From: Orbicella franksi
Lineage: Eukaryota
NCBI GenBank assembly: GCA_964199315.1
Contig: OZ116706.1
Location: 9,300,001-9,364,000 of the forward strand
Length of the DNA stretch: 64,000 nt
Reading direction: 5' to 3'
The position numbers were made by a program, and so were the translations under genes. The first letter of the stretch is position 1. Every line of letters begins with the position of its first letter. Shown here in pieces: positions 22,856-36,009 of the stretch. Below the pieces are notes generated by a model. The model was not told the origin of the DNA and did no database searches. It saw only the letters and a program-made list of their open reading frames with translations.

Positions 22856-25800
22856 TTTTTTTTCTTAACCATCGTATTTTTTTTCTTTTCTTTTCTTGTT
22901 TAACCTTTTTTTTCAGGTTAGGGACCGACAATCTGATAACACGGTTTTTGATGTTACCTGACCTTGCTGTTACGCATAGTCGACATCAAATCGCACCCGA
23001 TGGCTTAATTCATGGGGAAAAGAATCCTCGATTTCTCTGAAGATCTTTCGCAGCTACCCTGCGAGCAGCGTACGTATCAACGTACGTATCCTGACTTGTC
23101 GCCGGAACACACGCAAGGCTTAGAGAACTCGATCTATCGCGTGAAGCAGACTACCTTTCGTCTTCAGGCGACAAGAAAAAAATGTTGGGCAACCTTCAAT
23201 TTATCGGTTTCAACTAGGTAACGAGAAGTTTCCAAGGTAGAGTGGGTCAATGTAGAATGAGTAAATCCATCAGAACAATGCAGTTGCTTCCCGGTTCTTG
23301 TAATTCATGTAGTCTACACGAAAAGTCATTCGAGAGGAGTCAACATAAGGACCGATTCACTTGGTTTTCCATATTTTGTTTTCTTTTTAGTTGTAGCAAG
23401 TCAATAAAATATCTCGTATAACTGGAATACACATGTCCGCAATGCGGACCTATATTTTTAATTTCTCCCCGAGTAACAAAATATACAGCAAATCGAATGA
23501 TGTGGTATTTTTATGGGAAATAATGTAAGTGATTCAACCCCTTGTCAGATGACGTTTTCCGAACAGTCAAATAATTAAATTGCTTCCTCAAGGTCAAAAC
23601 AACGTTCGCTACTTATCTTATGGATAAAGAACTACAGTAAAATATCAACGGTTTAAGACAATTACCAACAAAAGCGCTTGGTAATCTCATTAATAGAAAG
23701 CAACCTTTTTCGTGCACGTGGCGAAGGGTCACTACGACAGAGAAAAAATGTAAACAATATAACAAGGAGTGAGGAGGTCACTGTTTCAATACCTTCGAGG
23801 AAGTGACACTGTTCAATGATTTTCTTGAATAAGTTTACCGTTAAAGCAGGAAAGCAGGACATTGAATGCTTAATGTAAATAAGTTACGTTTCCACAACTT
23901 CGTATCATCACGCCGACTTCGTGCTCTACTCGATTTGATCAGTTATTTTTTTTATCGGAGAAACACTTCTGAGATTAAGTTTACCATCTTGGCGCCAGAA
24001 GACAAAGATAGACCATGGTGATGCAATACAAGATCGCTTCTAGAGGAAAAAAGAAAAAAAGAGAGGAAATATTGAGAATATTACATGTAACTAGCTAAGG
24101 AGAAGAGACAACTTACTCGACTAACTTAAATTGTAAAACAAATATACTTTAAAAGTTAGATGTATTTCTGTTAGAGTAAAATCACGACAGATTTTGCATT
24201 TTTTGCATCATTCACTCCAGTTAATTGCTCTATTCATGAAGTCTTATTCTTATCTTCTAATCAAGGGCCTGCCCCTCAAAACATCTTACGAAGTAACGTC
24301 TAGCATTACCTAAAAGTTTGTTTTATAGGCTTTATAAGGTAATAAAGGTTTCATTGTTTTTCTACTGGCCGTTTGACAAATGCAATTACAGCATGCGACC
24401 TCGGCTCTTCGGACAGTGCATTCAGGCGGTCGGCGCTAATTAATTACTTTATTGGAACACTGCATGGTAAATTCTAAATGGACCCGTGGTCTGGAACAAC
24501 AGATGGAAATATTTGCAGCATAGAGAAGCAAGCCAGGTGGTACTTTGTCCCTTTGTATAATCTGTTGCCACACATTTTTTAAAGAATATTTGACATAATA
24601 TTCGCCAAGAGGTAAAATGATAATATGTAAGGCTAAAGAAGAAGGAAAAAATAATATAAAACGGAACGTTTTCGACTTATTGATGACAGAATCTTGAGAA
24701 CTTTTGGTTTTGTGATAAAATAACTTTTATTCTACGACAATTCAAGCCGCTTGCAAAATGTAATATTTCGCTCACATAAAGGTAACCAGAGAAAGAAAGG
24801 TAAAGAAATCAGCATGTTTTATTGATGCGTTATTTGCTGTTTTCTTGGTACAATCTCTGTGAATTAATGTAAAACTTGTTTTTTGAGTATAAACAATATC
24901 GTTAAATCCCAAGCTGAGCTTTAACCTTTTATACGATGTGCGAAAATCGTGAATGAAAAACGATTTCCTGCAATTGGAGTAAGATGGACATACAATATCC
25001 TAAACTTCATGTAATTAATCATCCATAATTAATAAATTGAAAAACGATACATGGGGTAAAACGGGTCCCACACACATATTGGTATTATTTTTTCACTGAT
25101 TGTGTTAACATGTATTAAATAATAAATGGTAGATACTGCTTCCAAATACCATTTGAAAAACTGGTGAAAATTGTTTTTAGAGAGTCTCAATGAAACTAAT
25201 TATAATCCTGCATTGCGAGATTCAATATTTGTTGGTTCTTAACTCCCCTTGGTAGAAACATACAAAGCAAACGTATTGCATACTAAGAACATAGGTTGCT
25301 TCTTCTCTTTGAAAAACTAATGAATCAACAAGAGATCCTGAACACAGACTACAGCTGTGACACAATAGCACTCTACTTTCTTCATTTGCTGCGCGACATT
25401 TCTGCTCATTTGCACTTGTAGCAGAAAGACTCATAAAACGGCTAGTTGTCGCTGCATACTTACATGTTTAATCTGTTTAGTTCCTTTACTTTACGGATGT
25501 TCGGCGTTTATTCGTAATTAAAACCATGGATTATGCCTTAATTTATAAACCGATAGGCGATAAACATCGGCGAGTATTAATGAACAAAATTCCAACACAA
25601 TCTCACACACGCCGCCTCTGTCGGTAAGCATTTGAGAATGAAAACAATTTAATCCTGTAAACAGAACGAAAACTTAAAATAAACTGACTAAATGGCTGCT
25701 GATGGATGCCGTCGAGAAAAAGCGAGACCAATAAATCATGCCTTGGAAGGGTATCACTATTGGGGGATTTGTATGCATTGATACTATAATCCTGTGACAC

Positions 25801-26192
25801 GTGAATAGTAACAGCCCCATCACATATGCCTTGCCTGATACACACCAGGTAATCCAGGTTTTTTTTCATTAAAACTTGGCTCTCTTGATAATGAAGTTGA
25901 AACATCTTGCAACTTAACTCCACAAGGAGATAAGCGGTCCTTGACAGAATGTAAACGTTAAGGTGTCTAATTGCTCATTTAATGGCATTAGCACATCATT
26001 CTTAAAATAAGTAAGGATGAAAGAACTAGGAAATGATTATTTTCTCCGTCCTTTTGGAGCAAACGTCTACGAATTAGAGTGATTTATGTTATGCATTGCA
26101 CGATTAAAAACGTCCTTCAAAGCTGCTGTTACGTTAACTACTGGCATCTGCGACAGTTTCTGGAGCATTTATCAATGTCAACGTGCGTGGCT

Positions 26193-26210
26193 TAATTACA
26201 TTAGCAGCTA
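26193..26210 (+). promoter_or_regulatory. P3 palindrome TAATTACATTA upstream of G3
   Basis: Shared with G2, together with an upstream tttatcaatgtcaa block and a downstream gtaagct.acacgatc block. Confidence 0.55.
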
Positions 26211-26395
26211 CAGCAGCTTGTAAGCTAACACGATCTGATTATGAAAAGCACACATGACACACATATACGAGCGTCTGCGATGCGAAGGTACATGCATTGC
26301 AAGTATTGAGGTGCTGCAGTCAGGGATAGAACACAATCTGACAGTCTGTCAGAAAAGAATCAAATACATCGAAGGTAGCGGTACGCTATTCCATA

Positions 26396-26522
26396 ATGGA
26401 TACCAATCCATTCTCAATTGAAAGCATTCTGAAAAAGAACTCGTCCACGCCGACTGATAACACAGAGGAACCCAAACCTTCGAAATCAACAGAGGCCCTT
26501 TCACTCGCTGTGAAACTAGCTG
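26396..26522 (+). CDS. DMBX: Dmbx-like gene G3, exon 1 (MDTNPFSIESIL...ALSLAVKLA)
   Basis: ATG 26396, 127 nt as in G2, donor G|GTAAGT. Confidence 0.92.
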
Positions 26523-28535
26523 GTAAGTTGCAATTTATCCAAGATGACGCTTATTCAGGTCCATACATGTAGTAAACCATAAGTGTCTAATGAAAGATGT
26601 CTTGTGTCGATTAAGTTAGATCCCAGAATCCGCGTTAAAGGTGACAAATAAAAGAAAAACACACTAGGGCATTATTTTGAGATCAGATCGTCTGGGAGAA
26701 GAAACTGTGCAACAAATTAAATGTGTTATCATATCCCCCTCGTCCGTAAAATAATTGATGGTAAGATGTTGAATGCGACGTTTAAATCTCTAAGTTTTAG
26801 CCTTCTGAGATCTATAATCTCAATCAAAACAAATCGCATGTTTGAATAACAGAGTGCGTACTTCAGTAGAATAGAACAGGATTGCTATAATGGTGCTCGG
26901 TTACCTCGATGGACTATCTTAAACTCTTTATGGCCCATCAAAAACGAAACGTGAGCAGTTATTTCGTAGACGTTTAGCTTTATGTCAAATCAAAACAAGT
27001 TGCCTCTTGGCAAAACAGAACACCTTATTTAAATAGGAATAAATGATTACAGATTAAAGCTAGGTTTTCTCCCCGAATATCTGTTAATCTTCTAATAGTG
27101 ATGGTTCATCGTACGAGACTATATTACCGATTCAAAGAAAAGAAATGCAAGTTCTAATGTAATGAACGCAAAACCGCATAATTAGTAATGGTATTCCAAG
27201 GAATAGTTTGGCAACATCATTACTCGTAGATAGCATTTTCGCAGACTCGCTTTTGCAATGTTTCTAAGTTTAGTTACTGAGTACTTTGATAAGCCCTTTT
27301 AAATGCTATTGCATCAATGATGTGAGCCTTGGGCTGTTGAAGCTGACTAGAGCGGTATAAGGTTTGCTGAATGGCTGAACACGCACCGATGTCTGCTAAG
27401 AGTCAATGCAAACAAGCTAACAAGGAGCGAAGAGCTATCTACATCTTAATGAGAAATCCATCTTCAAACACCCGTAATAAGCAGAATGTCAAAAGTATCT
27501 TCATCCAGGCTAACCTCTAGGCTCATTAAACCGAAGCGAGGTGATCTCGTTTACAAATTTTAAGGATAGCAATCTACCACACCTGGTTATTTCTTTATCG
27601 CGAAGTTTATCAAAACAAAATGTCTTTTTGAACCAATCTGGCGCCGTAAAAGTATGCAAAATGGCTATCCGTTTAAACGAGCTGATGTCAAGGACACTAA
27701 ACTTATTGTGGTTGACATTTAAGTATGGTTTTACATTAGATAAAATGGAGCAGCACGTTTGAAGCCCAAGCAAGTTGGTCCAGTGGGGGCGGCCACCTTA
27801 TATTTAACACTGACAGAGATGCAGAGATGTCTGTCTGAAATATAGATTAAAAAGCCCTAGCAGCCCATTATAGGCGTACTGTATCTGTTATTCTACTTCC
27901 TAAGAGGTACCATAATGAAATCAAAAATTGATTATCCTGTCTAATTAGCATTCGTCACGACTATAAATATTGTTTTAGACTATTATGACTTGGTCATATT
28001 CAGTCTAACACTCACTTATTTTGCTGTAAAAATGAAAATACCTTTCAAGATGCCAGGTCATACACATGTTTATCTCCAAGCGGTACCAAATAAGGTGCTG
28101 GTAATCCCACCGGAGTATGATGACGAGAACATTCCGTCAGTTTGATACTAGATCCCCCACCTCCCCCCCGGACATTGGTGCTCTTGGCAATTTTTCAATT
28201 CTGTTTGATTGATGGAAATGATCTAAAGGACGCAAAAAGACTATTTTTGCCAGTTTGATTCATGGCGAAAGTGGGCCTCAGACTCCCTCTGAATCTGCTT
28301 GACCACTAATATACGATAACGAGAGCCTCGTATACTTCCTATATATCGCAGTTTTCTCTAAAAAAATTAACGACTGGAATTAATTTGATTTTTGTTTTGG
28401 GTTCCCTCGTTAAAAATTATTTTCGTTATTATTATATATATTACTGGCATGTTACACAATGTCCCACGCAGTGCAATGAGTGTTTTAGTCTAACGGGTAA
28501 GCCCAATCACATGCACGATTTTTTCTCTCTCTCAG

Positions 28536-28714
28536 ACGTTATTTTAGAAGCTCGACAAGAGAAAACTCGCCGTACACCACGGCGCACGCGCACAGCCTTC
28601 ACGCACCAGCAGTTGGGAATCCTGGAGAAATCCTTCAGTAAAACACATTACCCAGATGTAGAGCTCAGAGAGCAACTGGCTGAGAAGACCAATCTGCAAG
28701 AAAGCCGGATTCAG
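28536..28714 (+). CDS. DMBX: Dmbx-like gene G3, exon 2
   Basis: Acceptor ctctcag|, reads [22 protein letters not shown]...NLQESRIQ, donor |GTAAAT. Confidence 0.95.
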
Positions 28715-28978
28715 GTAAATAGATTACGTGATGGTTTACAACTAAACTAAAAGTTGCAATGAACGACGTTTACAAAACGACAAAATGAATAGTGCTTATA
28801 GTATCAGGGTTTACATTCTAAGCTACGCTGACAAGCGTTTGCTCGTTTGGTTGTTTGTGGCTTAATTCAAAGGAAGTTAAACGAACGTTCAAACCATTTT
28901 CACGTTTTAGCCGAAATTAAAATTATTGGCTCTTTGAACATATCAATGTTTAATTCATTCTTCACATCTCGGTTTTAG

Positions 28979-29314
28979 GTCTGGTTTAAAAACAGACGTG
29001 CCAAATACCGCAAGGAAGTAAGAACGTGTCTTCCACAAGACAGCTACGACAGTGATGAGGAGCACATTTCTACTGCTTGTCCAGTGACACCGACCCAAGC
29101 CCCGCCGTCTTGTTTTCAGTGCAACACAGTTCCATATTATTTCAACTATAACGAGCCTATAGACTCAATGAGATCTTTTGGATGTTCCACGAGCATGTAC
29201 CCCACACTCACTTCACACACTCAGTTGGCACCAGCACATGGAATACACGGTTGGCAGCCAGTTACAAACCTGATGATGGATCATAAGCATCTGGGAGATC
29301 TGTGGCGTGGATGA
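28979..29314 (+). CDS. DMBX: Dmbx-like gene G3, exon 3 (VWFKNRRAKYRK...DLWRG*); 213 aa predicted total
   Basis: Acceptor ttttag|GTC TGG TTT AAA AAC AGA CGT; in frame with track ORF 29084-29314. Confidence 0.95.
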   Translation, partial: VWFKNRRAKYRKEVRTCLPQDSYDSDEEHISTACPVTPTQAPPSCFQCNTVPYYFNYNEPIDSMRSFGCSTSMYPTLTSHTQLAPAHGIHGWQPVTNLMMDHKHLGDLWRG

Positions 29315-30039
29315 TAATGATATTAGATTTATCGCCCTATTTTTTCTTTTTTCTTTTGTTTTTCTTTTGTTTTTGTTTTTGTTTTCCGATAAACTCGAAA
29401 TTACGGAGCACTTTAACCATTAACTAGAGTCTATCTTAGTTATCTCGAACGAAATGCACCTAAAGCTTGGTGCCTTTGCTATTTTAACTTTTACGTTATG
29501 TATTTTAACAGAGTGTGCAACGTATTATTTGAATACTTTAAATAATGTTAACTTTTCCACATATTCGCATCCCATGACAGACGTGGGGCCTTTTAAATTA
29601 CAAGACACATTCAGAAACTATATGTATGCCCATTGTTTTTCTGCGCGCCGATACAATTTACGCCCCGCCCCCCCCCCCCCCCCCCACAAACTGGACCCCG
29701 TAGATAAAGGCGTTTCAATACAGTTTTTGAGAGAACATACCTAGCTTCTTCAACCAGCTTTTTCCACGTTCGCCGGTTCGCTTGTTTAGATTTAAGTTTC
29801 GCTTGCTGTTCTTAAAGTGAAATTGATATTGTCATGATGGTAATGATAACCAGAAAACCCCCAAATCAATAAAAACCTAAATTTTGCGCATTACCTAATT
29901 CATGTTGAGGTCAATACAAAAAATCTTAAACGGAACTGTATGCCACATAAACTATGGCAGGATTAAAACATTTTAATGTTTAGTTTTAAATAAATCGCAT
30001 TCCTTTATTTGTAATATTTGTAATATAATGGTAATTAGG

Positions 30040-30767
30040 GAGAAACAACATAATTTTCATACAAACGATCTTAGCAAATAAGAAATTTTCAGAGATCAGC
30101 AAAACATTGCTTCTGTCAAATATGCGACGTATTTTAACATTATTTTTGAGACAAACATAATTTGAGTTTTTCTGTATAAAGGCCAAGGTTACCCCCCAAA
30201 ATTCTATCAAACTACCAAAGGTACGTGAGTTAATGTGTTCGTCTTGAAAGTTATTGTCTCGTCACTTGGCCTGATTGATTGGTAGGCTAAACATTTCCAA
30301 GGTCAAGAGAACGCTTAAACGAGTTTCGTAACGGCTTGCGCATCTTGAATAATAATGGTCAGTAGATAAGAGAAATAACTTAATTTTCATGCGAATGATC
30401 TTATCAAATAAGAAAGTTCCAGAGATCAGCAAAAAGAAAATGAAAACTTTGCCTCTGTCAAATATGCGACATATTTTAACACTATTTTTGAGACAAACAT
30501 ATTTGACTTTTTCTGTGTCATGGCAGTATCAACTTCACTAAAAAGCACGGCTGGTAAAAACTTTGGAAACATCGATCAAGAAGACCTGATTATAAGGGTC
30601 AAGGTTACCCCCAAAAATTCGATCAAACTACCAAAGGTACGTGAGTTAATGTGCTCGTCTTGAAAGGTATTGTCTCGTCACTTGGCCTGATTAATTGGTA
30701 GGCTAAACATTTCTAAGATCAAGAGAACGCTTAAAGGAATTACGTAACGGCTTGCGCATCTTGAATA
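30040..30767 (+). repeat. Two-copy tandem duplication (about 310 and 400 bp; the second copy has extra inserts)
   Basis: Long shared blocks such as atcaaactaccaaaggtacgtgagttaatgtg and cgtaacggcttgcgcatcttgaata occur twice. Confidence 0.85.
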
Positions 30768-32781
30768 GTTTAGCCTCGATTTTTCAAGTTCGTCGTTTGT
30801 AATCTGTGTCAATCTTCTCCATCCTTAACCATCCTTTTTCCTTTATGGTTTATTATTTTCTCTTTGGTGCTTCTCTATCTTAGTGAAAAACTATTATTTT
30901 CAGGTTTTCAATTTAAAAGTTATTTTGTACGTGGCCAAGATATCTCAAAATGCCGTGACTGACCTCTTTTAATACCCGTCATTTAGTGTTTACTGATCCT
31001 ATTGTAGAACAAATGTTTGTTTTACGCGTTTTCGGTCAGCCAGTGCGTCAAAGTAGCTTAAGCATCGGGCAATTTTCTTATAACTGATGAAAAACTAAGG
31101 CTAATTCACAACCAATATGAAAATAAACGGTAACACGGGCGTGTCTAGACAAAATCGTGAAGTCTAGTCATTATATACGTATTTTCTAAACTTTTCAACT
31201 TATTGTATGCCTGAAAAAATAGGATTTTTAACAGTCTGGCTCACTGAAGCATATCACTGATCCTCTAAATTGCTTGGATCAATCAATATCTGATGATTGC
31301 TTTCGACGGTGCCTGCTAAAGCGCTCTGATGAGAAGAGTAGAAGAGGAAATTTTCAAAAGGTAGGTACAGTTGAACCTCTCCTTGTGGACACCTCCGCAA
31401 TACGGACACATCTATTTTACGGACAGCTGACGTGGTCCCAGAGAAACCAGAATTGATATAAACCCTACCTCTACACTCTTTTTTGTTTTATAAAAATACA
31501 TTTTATAAGAATTTATATCGAGGCTGAAGTCTACGGAATTTTTAGAATATATTACGAATAACCCGAGGCTGAGACTTTGAAAGAATATAATTTTGTGTGT
31601 TGAAAATTTGTAAATATAATACAATTATATGTTTTTAACTAAACTATGGTAAAATTCTTCCTTTCTCTAAACAGCAAAATTAGCCAAAAAGCAACAAAAT
31701 CAGAGCACTAGCCGTATGTTCGATGCTAATAACATTTCTGCAAGACGTCATGAATGTCATATCAGGCTTAAATGCCTGCAGTCTGGCTGCAAAATTACTT
31801 TAACACCATCCAGACATCAAATACATTCCAAAACAGAAATGTCATAAGCTGTAATCTAGAAATACTCACAAGAATATTTTCAGCCTACTATTTGCAGAAA
31901 AATAAGACTATTAAGCCCTGGCCGGAAAAGCAATATTCTTATATAAAAAAGAGTGTATCATACGGACACTCCGCCCGTAGGTTCGACTGTAGATTAACAT
32001 GGCAAATACTCATTTTGTTCTTTCGATTAATTCTTAATCCCACTGTCTTGAATAGTTGGCAATTATTTGCAATCTAAGCACCCCTACAACACCACCTCTT
32101 AGCAGTAGTTATAGTTATAGTCAGTATGCTTGAAGATAATTTATCGTCTTACCAAAACGTCTGATGCAGTACATTCAAACTGTTTATTTTCCTTAAATTA
32201 AGATCAAAGTTCTTCTTGACTAAAATCAGCCGCGGACCATTAGGCCGCTATATTAAATATTTATACTGCTGAAAAGTGGTCTGAAATAATACTGAAGGCA
32301 TCAGAAAACACAATTGAAATGTTCTTTCATAAACACGAAAATGGTCTTCATCGCCAAATGTTTGGAAAAACAACTTGAATTGTTGTACTTGGAGAGAATG
32401 ACGTTTTTCTATTAGACCCTGTCACACCCACTGTCGGTCAGCCGTGTATGACCATGCAAGTAAAAGCTATTGGGCGCTACTTTCACCTGACGCCATTCGA
32501 TTTTCAAACTGATGCAAAATGAGTTATTCAATTTCCCAGTTCAGTTTGCACTTGGTTCCAATTCGGAGTGAAAATTTGGAGAGACATTGAAAATATTGCA
32601 CGCATGGGACACAGGAAGCCGTTTATTTTGGTACGTCCGTCATTGTAAATAAATTTAAAGCTTCTTACACAGTAGCAGTAATTAAACCAAACAGCTTCGA
32701 TGACAAGCACCAGTACCCCTAAATATAGAATCAAGGCCATGCAAGAAATTTCATTATTTTTCGTAAATACCAGTTGAACAC

Positions 32782-33425
32782 GAAATAGCGGGAGTTCGAA
32801 ATAATTGGTTGTAAATGAATGAAAGGCAAATCCAAGGGAAATGGTTTTGAGATCTTAATAACGGGGAAGTCGAAATAACCGAGTTCGAACCGGGATCCAA
32901 GTGTTCTGTGGTCTTTATTTTGTAGTGGTTAGGATTGAAAAGGATCCTTTTGGGCTCTTTACATCGTCTTCTCGCTATCTTTCTGGGAAAGGAAAATTAA
33001 AGATTATGTAAATGCTGTTGCCTCATGCAAGGATATAAATACAATTTTGATAATTCGAATAACAAAAATATATTTATTTATTCATTACTTTTTTTGCACC
33101 TTTCTTTGTTCTTTGATAATCCATTGATTATCTTCCTACACACGTATTTTCGCTATTCCGAACCCTCGGGGAAAACGAAATAGCGCGGAAGTTCGAAATA
33201 ACTTGTAGTAACCGACTGAAGGGCAAATTCAAGGGAATTCGTTTTGAGTTCTTAATAACGGGGAAGTCAAAATAACCAAGTTCGAACCGGGTTGCAATTG
33301 TGATGTAGTTTTTAACTTACCATGGCTACTTGTCGCTATCTTTCTAGGAAAGGAAAATTAAAGATAACGTAAATGTTGTTGCCTCTTGCAAGGCTATAAA
33401 TAAAGTTTTGATAATAAAAATATAT

Positions 33426-33456
<31 letters not shown>

Positions 33457-33538
33457 TTTTTTTATTACTTTTTGCACCTCTCTTTGTTCTTTCTTTGTAT
33501 TCCATTGATTCCATTGATTAACTTCCTACGCACGTATT
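32782..33538 (+). repeat. Two-copy tandem duplication (period about 390 bp) containing a MITE fragment; (ATTT)n expanded in copy 2
   Basis: Blocks tcgctatctttct.ggaaaggaaaattaaagat and gttcttaataacggg are repeated at about 390 bp spacing. Confidence 0.8.
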
Positions 33539-33671
33539 GATAAGCGGCTTTCATGTACTGTTTGTTAGATATAAGCACAGATGCCAAGAAATACTCTCAA
33601 AAACAGCGTGTTATGGGTTTTTGAAATAGTATAGATGTTTTTGTTTCAGATCTACGTCGTTCCCTTATTAC

Positions 33672-36009
33672 CAGTCCGGGATCGTTATCAGATTTGATAA
33701 CCTCGACCAAAACAAACCATCAACCAATCGCTGCACAAGTTTTCGTTCACGTGACATTATTTGGTAGCAACAGTGTATAATTCAATATGGCAGTCGACGG
33801 GGCGCTGCGATGAAAGGAGTTACTTTTTTCACAACATCACAATACAATTTCATTTAATTAATTGTATGTTTGCTTCACAATAGGTTACTGGATTATGGAA
33901 TAGAAACAGAGATGTATGGAAGAAAACTGTCTTTGTCCAAAAGCTACTGCGAAAAGTTTCATTTTCAGATAGACACCGTATAATATTTGTTCCAAGTTAA
34001 AACACACGAAGGTAGACAACAGGTATTCTGTTCACAAAAGCGTTGTTTATTGATACTAATATGATAGCTTCTATTTTCACTCAGGCTTCATTTTCTTGAT
34101 AGTTGGCGAAGCTGGCTGTTCAACAGTCTGTATAAAATATAAACGAAACACTAACAGTAAATACATCTTGAGTTCACAAATTGACACTGAACAATTTGCT
34201 TCTATATTCCAAGCAGAGAGCTGCAACTGAAGTTCGTTCAATTTGCATGAGCGAAGCGTGGTTAGGACCGAAACATCTCCTACTATGATTCATCACTAAC
34301 AGTATCGAAACAATTCGCGACCCTCCCTCTGTCGACTCTCTGTCCAGATGTACTGAAGATAGAATAGCTTACCTCGATGGCCATATCCCATCCCTCGTCT
34401 AATTCCATTTCTGCGATTGCTAATTCAATCCCCTCTGCCGTATTGTACATTTCGTTTCCATCTTTGAAGCACTGGAGTTCTCTTTGTCGTTGTGGGCTCG
34501 CCTGATATGGTTCTGGCACAACAGCAAAAATATAGCAGGTATATTTACTTTAATTCGTGATACACCTCCGTTCAGTGGAATGGGTGGGTACATGCAACAC
34601 TTTATGTTGTGAGATGTGACAGTAAACTTGGAAGTCTTGGCATTTCCGGAAAAAAATTGTTTTAGTTATAGATCAGTAGTCTATTGTTGTGCATTCGGTG
34701 ATATGGAAAAACGCTTTTAATGACCGATTCATATAAAAGAAACTATGATTCAAGTAATATGTTTTCGTACCATAGTTCAATCGCTAAATCCAACAATAAG
34801 CTTCATTATATAACGACTGGTGTGCCAGAAAACTGACCTAGTTTAGCCGGCATTTCCGGAAAATATTTCAGGACCGCGAGTTGTTGAAATTGACTCTAAA
34901 ATATAGGCAACTTACCCTTTAATGTGATTGCCGATTTTCCCGCAATCCGAAAGGTGTCTTAGTTCCCTGTTTAAGAAGTATTGCACCCGGCCTATCTGTC
35001 TTCCAGCAACTTCTCTCAAAGTGTAATTTTTCTTAGCGCTCTTGGATACCAGACTGTGGCACGCCTAGAAGTGTCTCGGGTATTTCTCTAATTTCTGGCA
35101 AAACACAACGAAGTGCGAACGGGTCTTTGTTTCCAATTTTCAGGAAGGACATGAAAAGGAGTTCCTTCTGGCCCCTTGATTTTGAACTCATGGTAACCCT
35201 TCAAAAGAAAATAAACAACTAATGTTAGATTCGCAAGTGGTTTCCCGACCACCTGGACTGCCGTACCATGAATCGAGCGACTCACTAAGAGCTATAATTT
35301 TTTCTGAAGGGGCTTAGATGATTTATGTAAGTTACTTTTACGTACTCCTTGATTTTCCACCAGTAATTCTTAAAGTTGAATGGTGCGTGTTTAAAAGGAA
35401 CGAAAATTTTATGCTGCAAAACTCGACAACAATAAACCTACCCTATGTAATCACCAAGCTATATCCACAAAATCGACATAAATTTGCTATTTTGATTCTA
35501 TGGGTACCAGCATCCGCCATCTCAATACCTAGGAACACATCAATTGCAGCTGTAAATATGGCCGCCGTTACGAACAACACATCGCAAATCAAAATACCCC
35601 CGTGCACTTTTTTCACAGATCGTGCACAACACTAAAAACACGTTAAATCCCAAGAATATGGCGTGAAGATTAACGACATATTTTTTGTGATTTCCGCAAA
35701 AATCTCCAAGTAACTTAAATCTAATGACAAAATGAAAAACATACCTGGTTTGGATGCAAAATTGCAAGCGCTGTTTCACTTTACGAGTAGCATTTTACAT
35801 CGTTTACGCTGGTCTTCAACCACCATCTTCAAAACACGTGAGGCTCCTTCTTTTCTGGTAATTATCGGATAGAATTATGGGTAAATTACCCGATTATAAT
35901 CGAACAAATAACGAGCAAAGCGAAGTGAATACGAAAATTCCCGGTTTTTGAAATGGCCGCCATGTTGTGACGTTACATGGTTATCAAATCTGATAACGAT
36001 CCCGGTCTG
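33672..36009 (-). mobile_element. 2338-bp DNA transposon with 31-bp TIRs and 5-bp TSD, internally deleted and non-autonomous
   Basis: TIR CAG(T/A)CCGGGATCGTTATCAGATTTGATAACC at 33672-33702 and 35979-36009 (1 mismatch); ATTAC duplicated at 33667-33671 and 36010-36014. Confidence 0.9.
34077..35520 (-). pseudogene. Decayed spliced gene inside the TIR element with a RAG1-N-terminal/Chapa-like zinc-finger start
   Basis: Putative exons: 35520-35442 (MADAGTHRIKIANLCRFCGYSLVIT*G, donor GTAGGT); 35198 or 35094 to 34916 (...KYPRHF*ACH...RHLSDCGKI, donor GTAAGT); 34512-34373 (EPYQ...WDMAIE, AG/GTAAGC); 34127-34077 (TVEQPASPTIKKMKPE*). Contains internal stops and phase breaks. Confidence 0.6.

Noticed and set aside
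33672-33702. Calling the TIR element a RAG transposon
   Set aside because: The termini are CAG, with no CACAGTG-like heptamer or nonamer, and no RAG1 core or RAG2-like sequence is visible.
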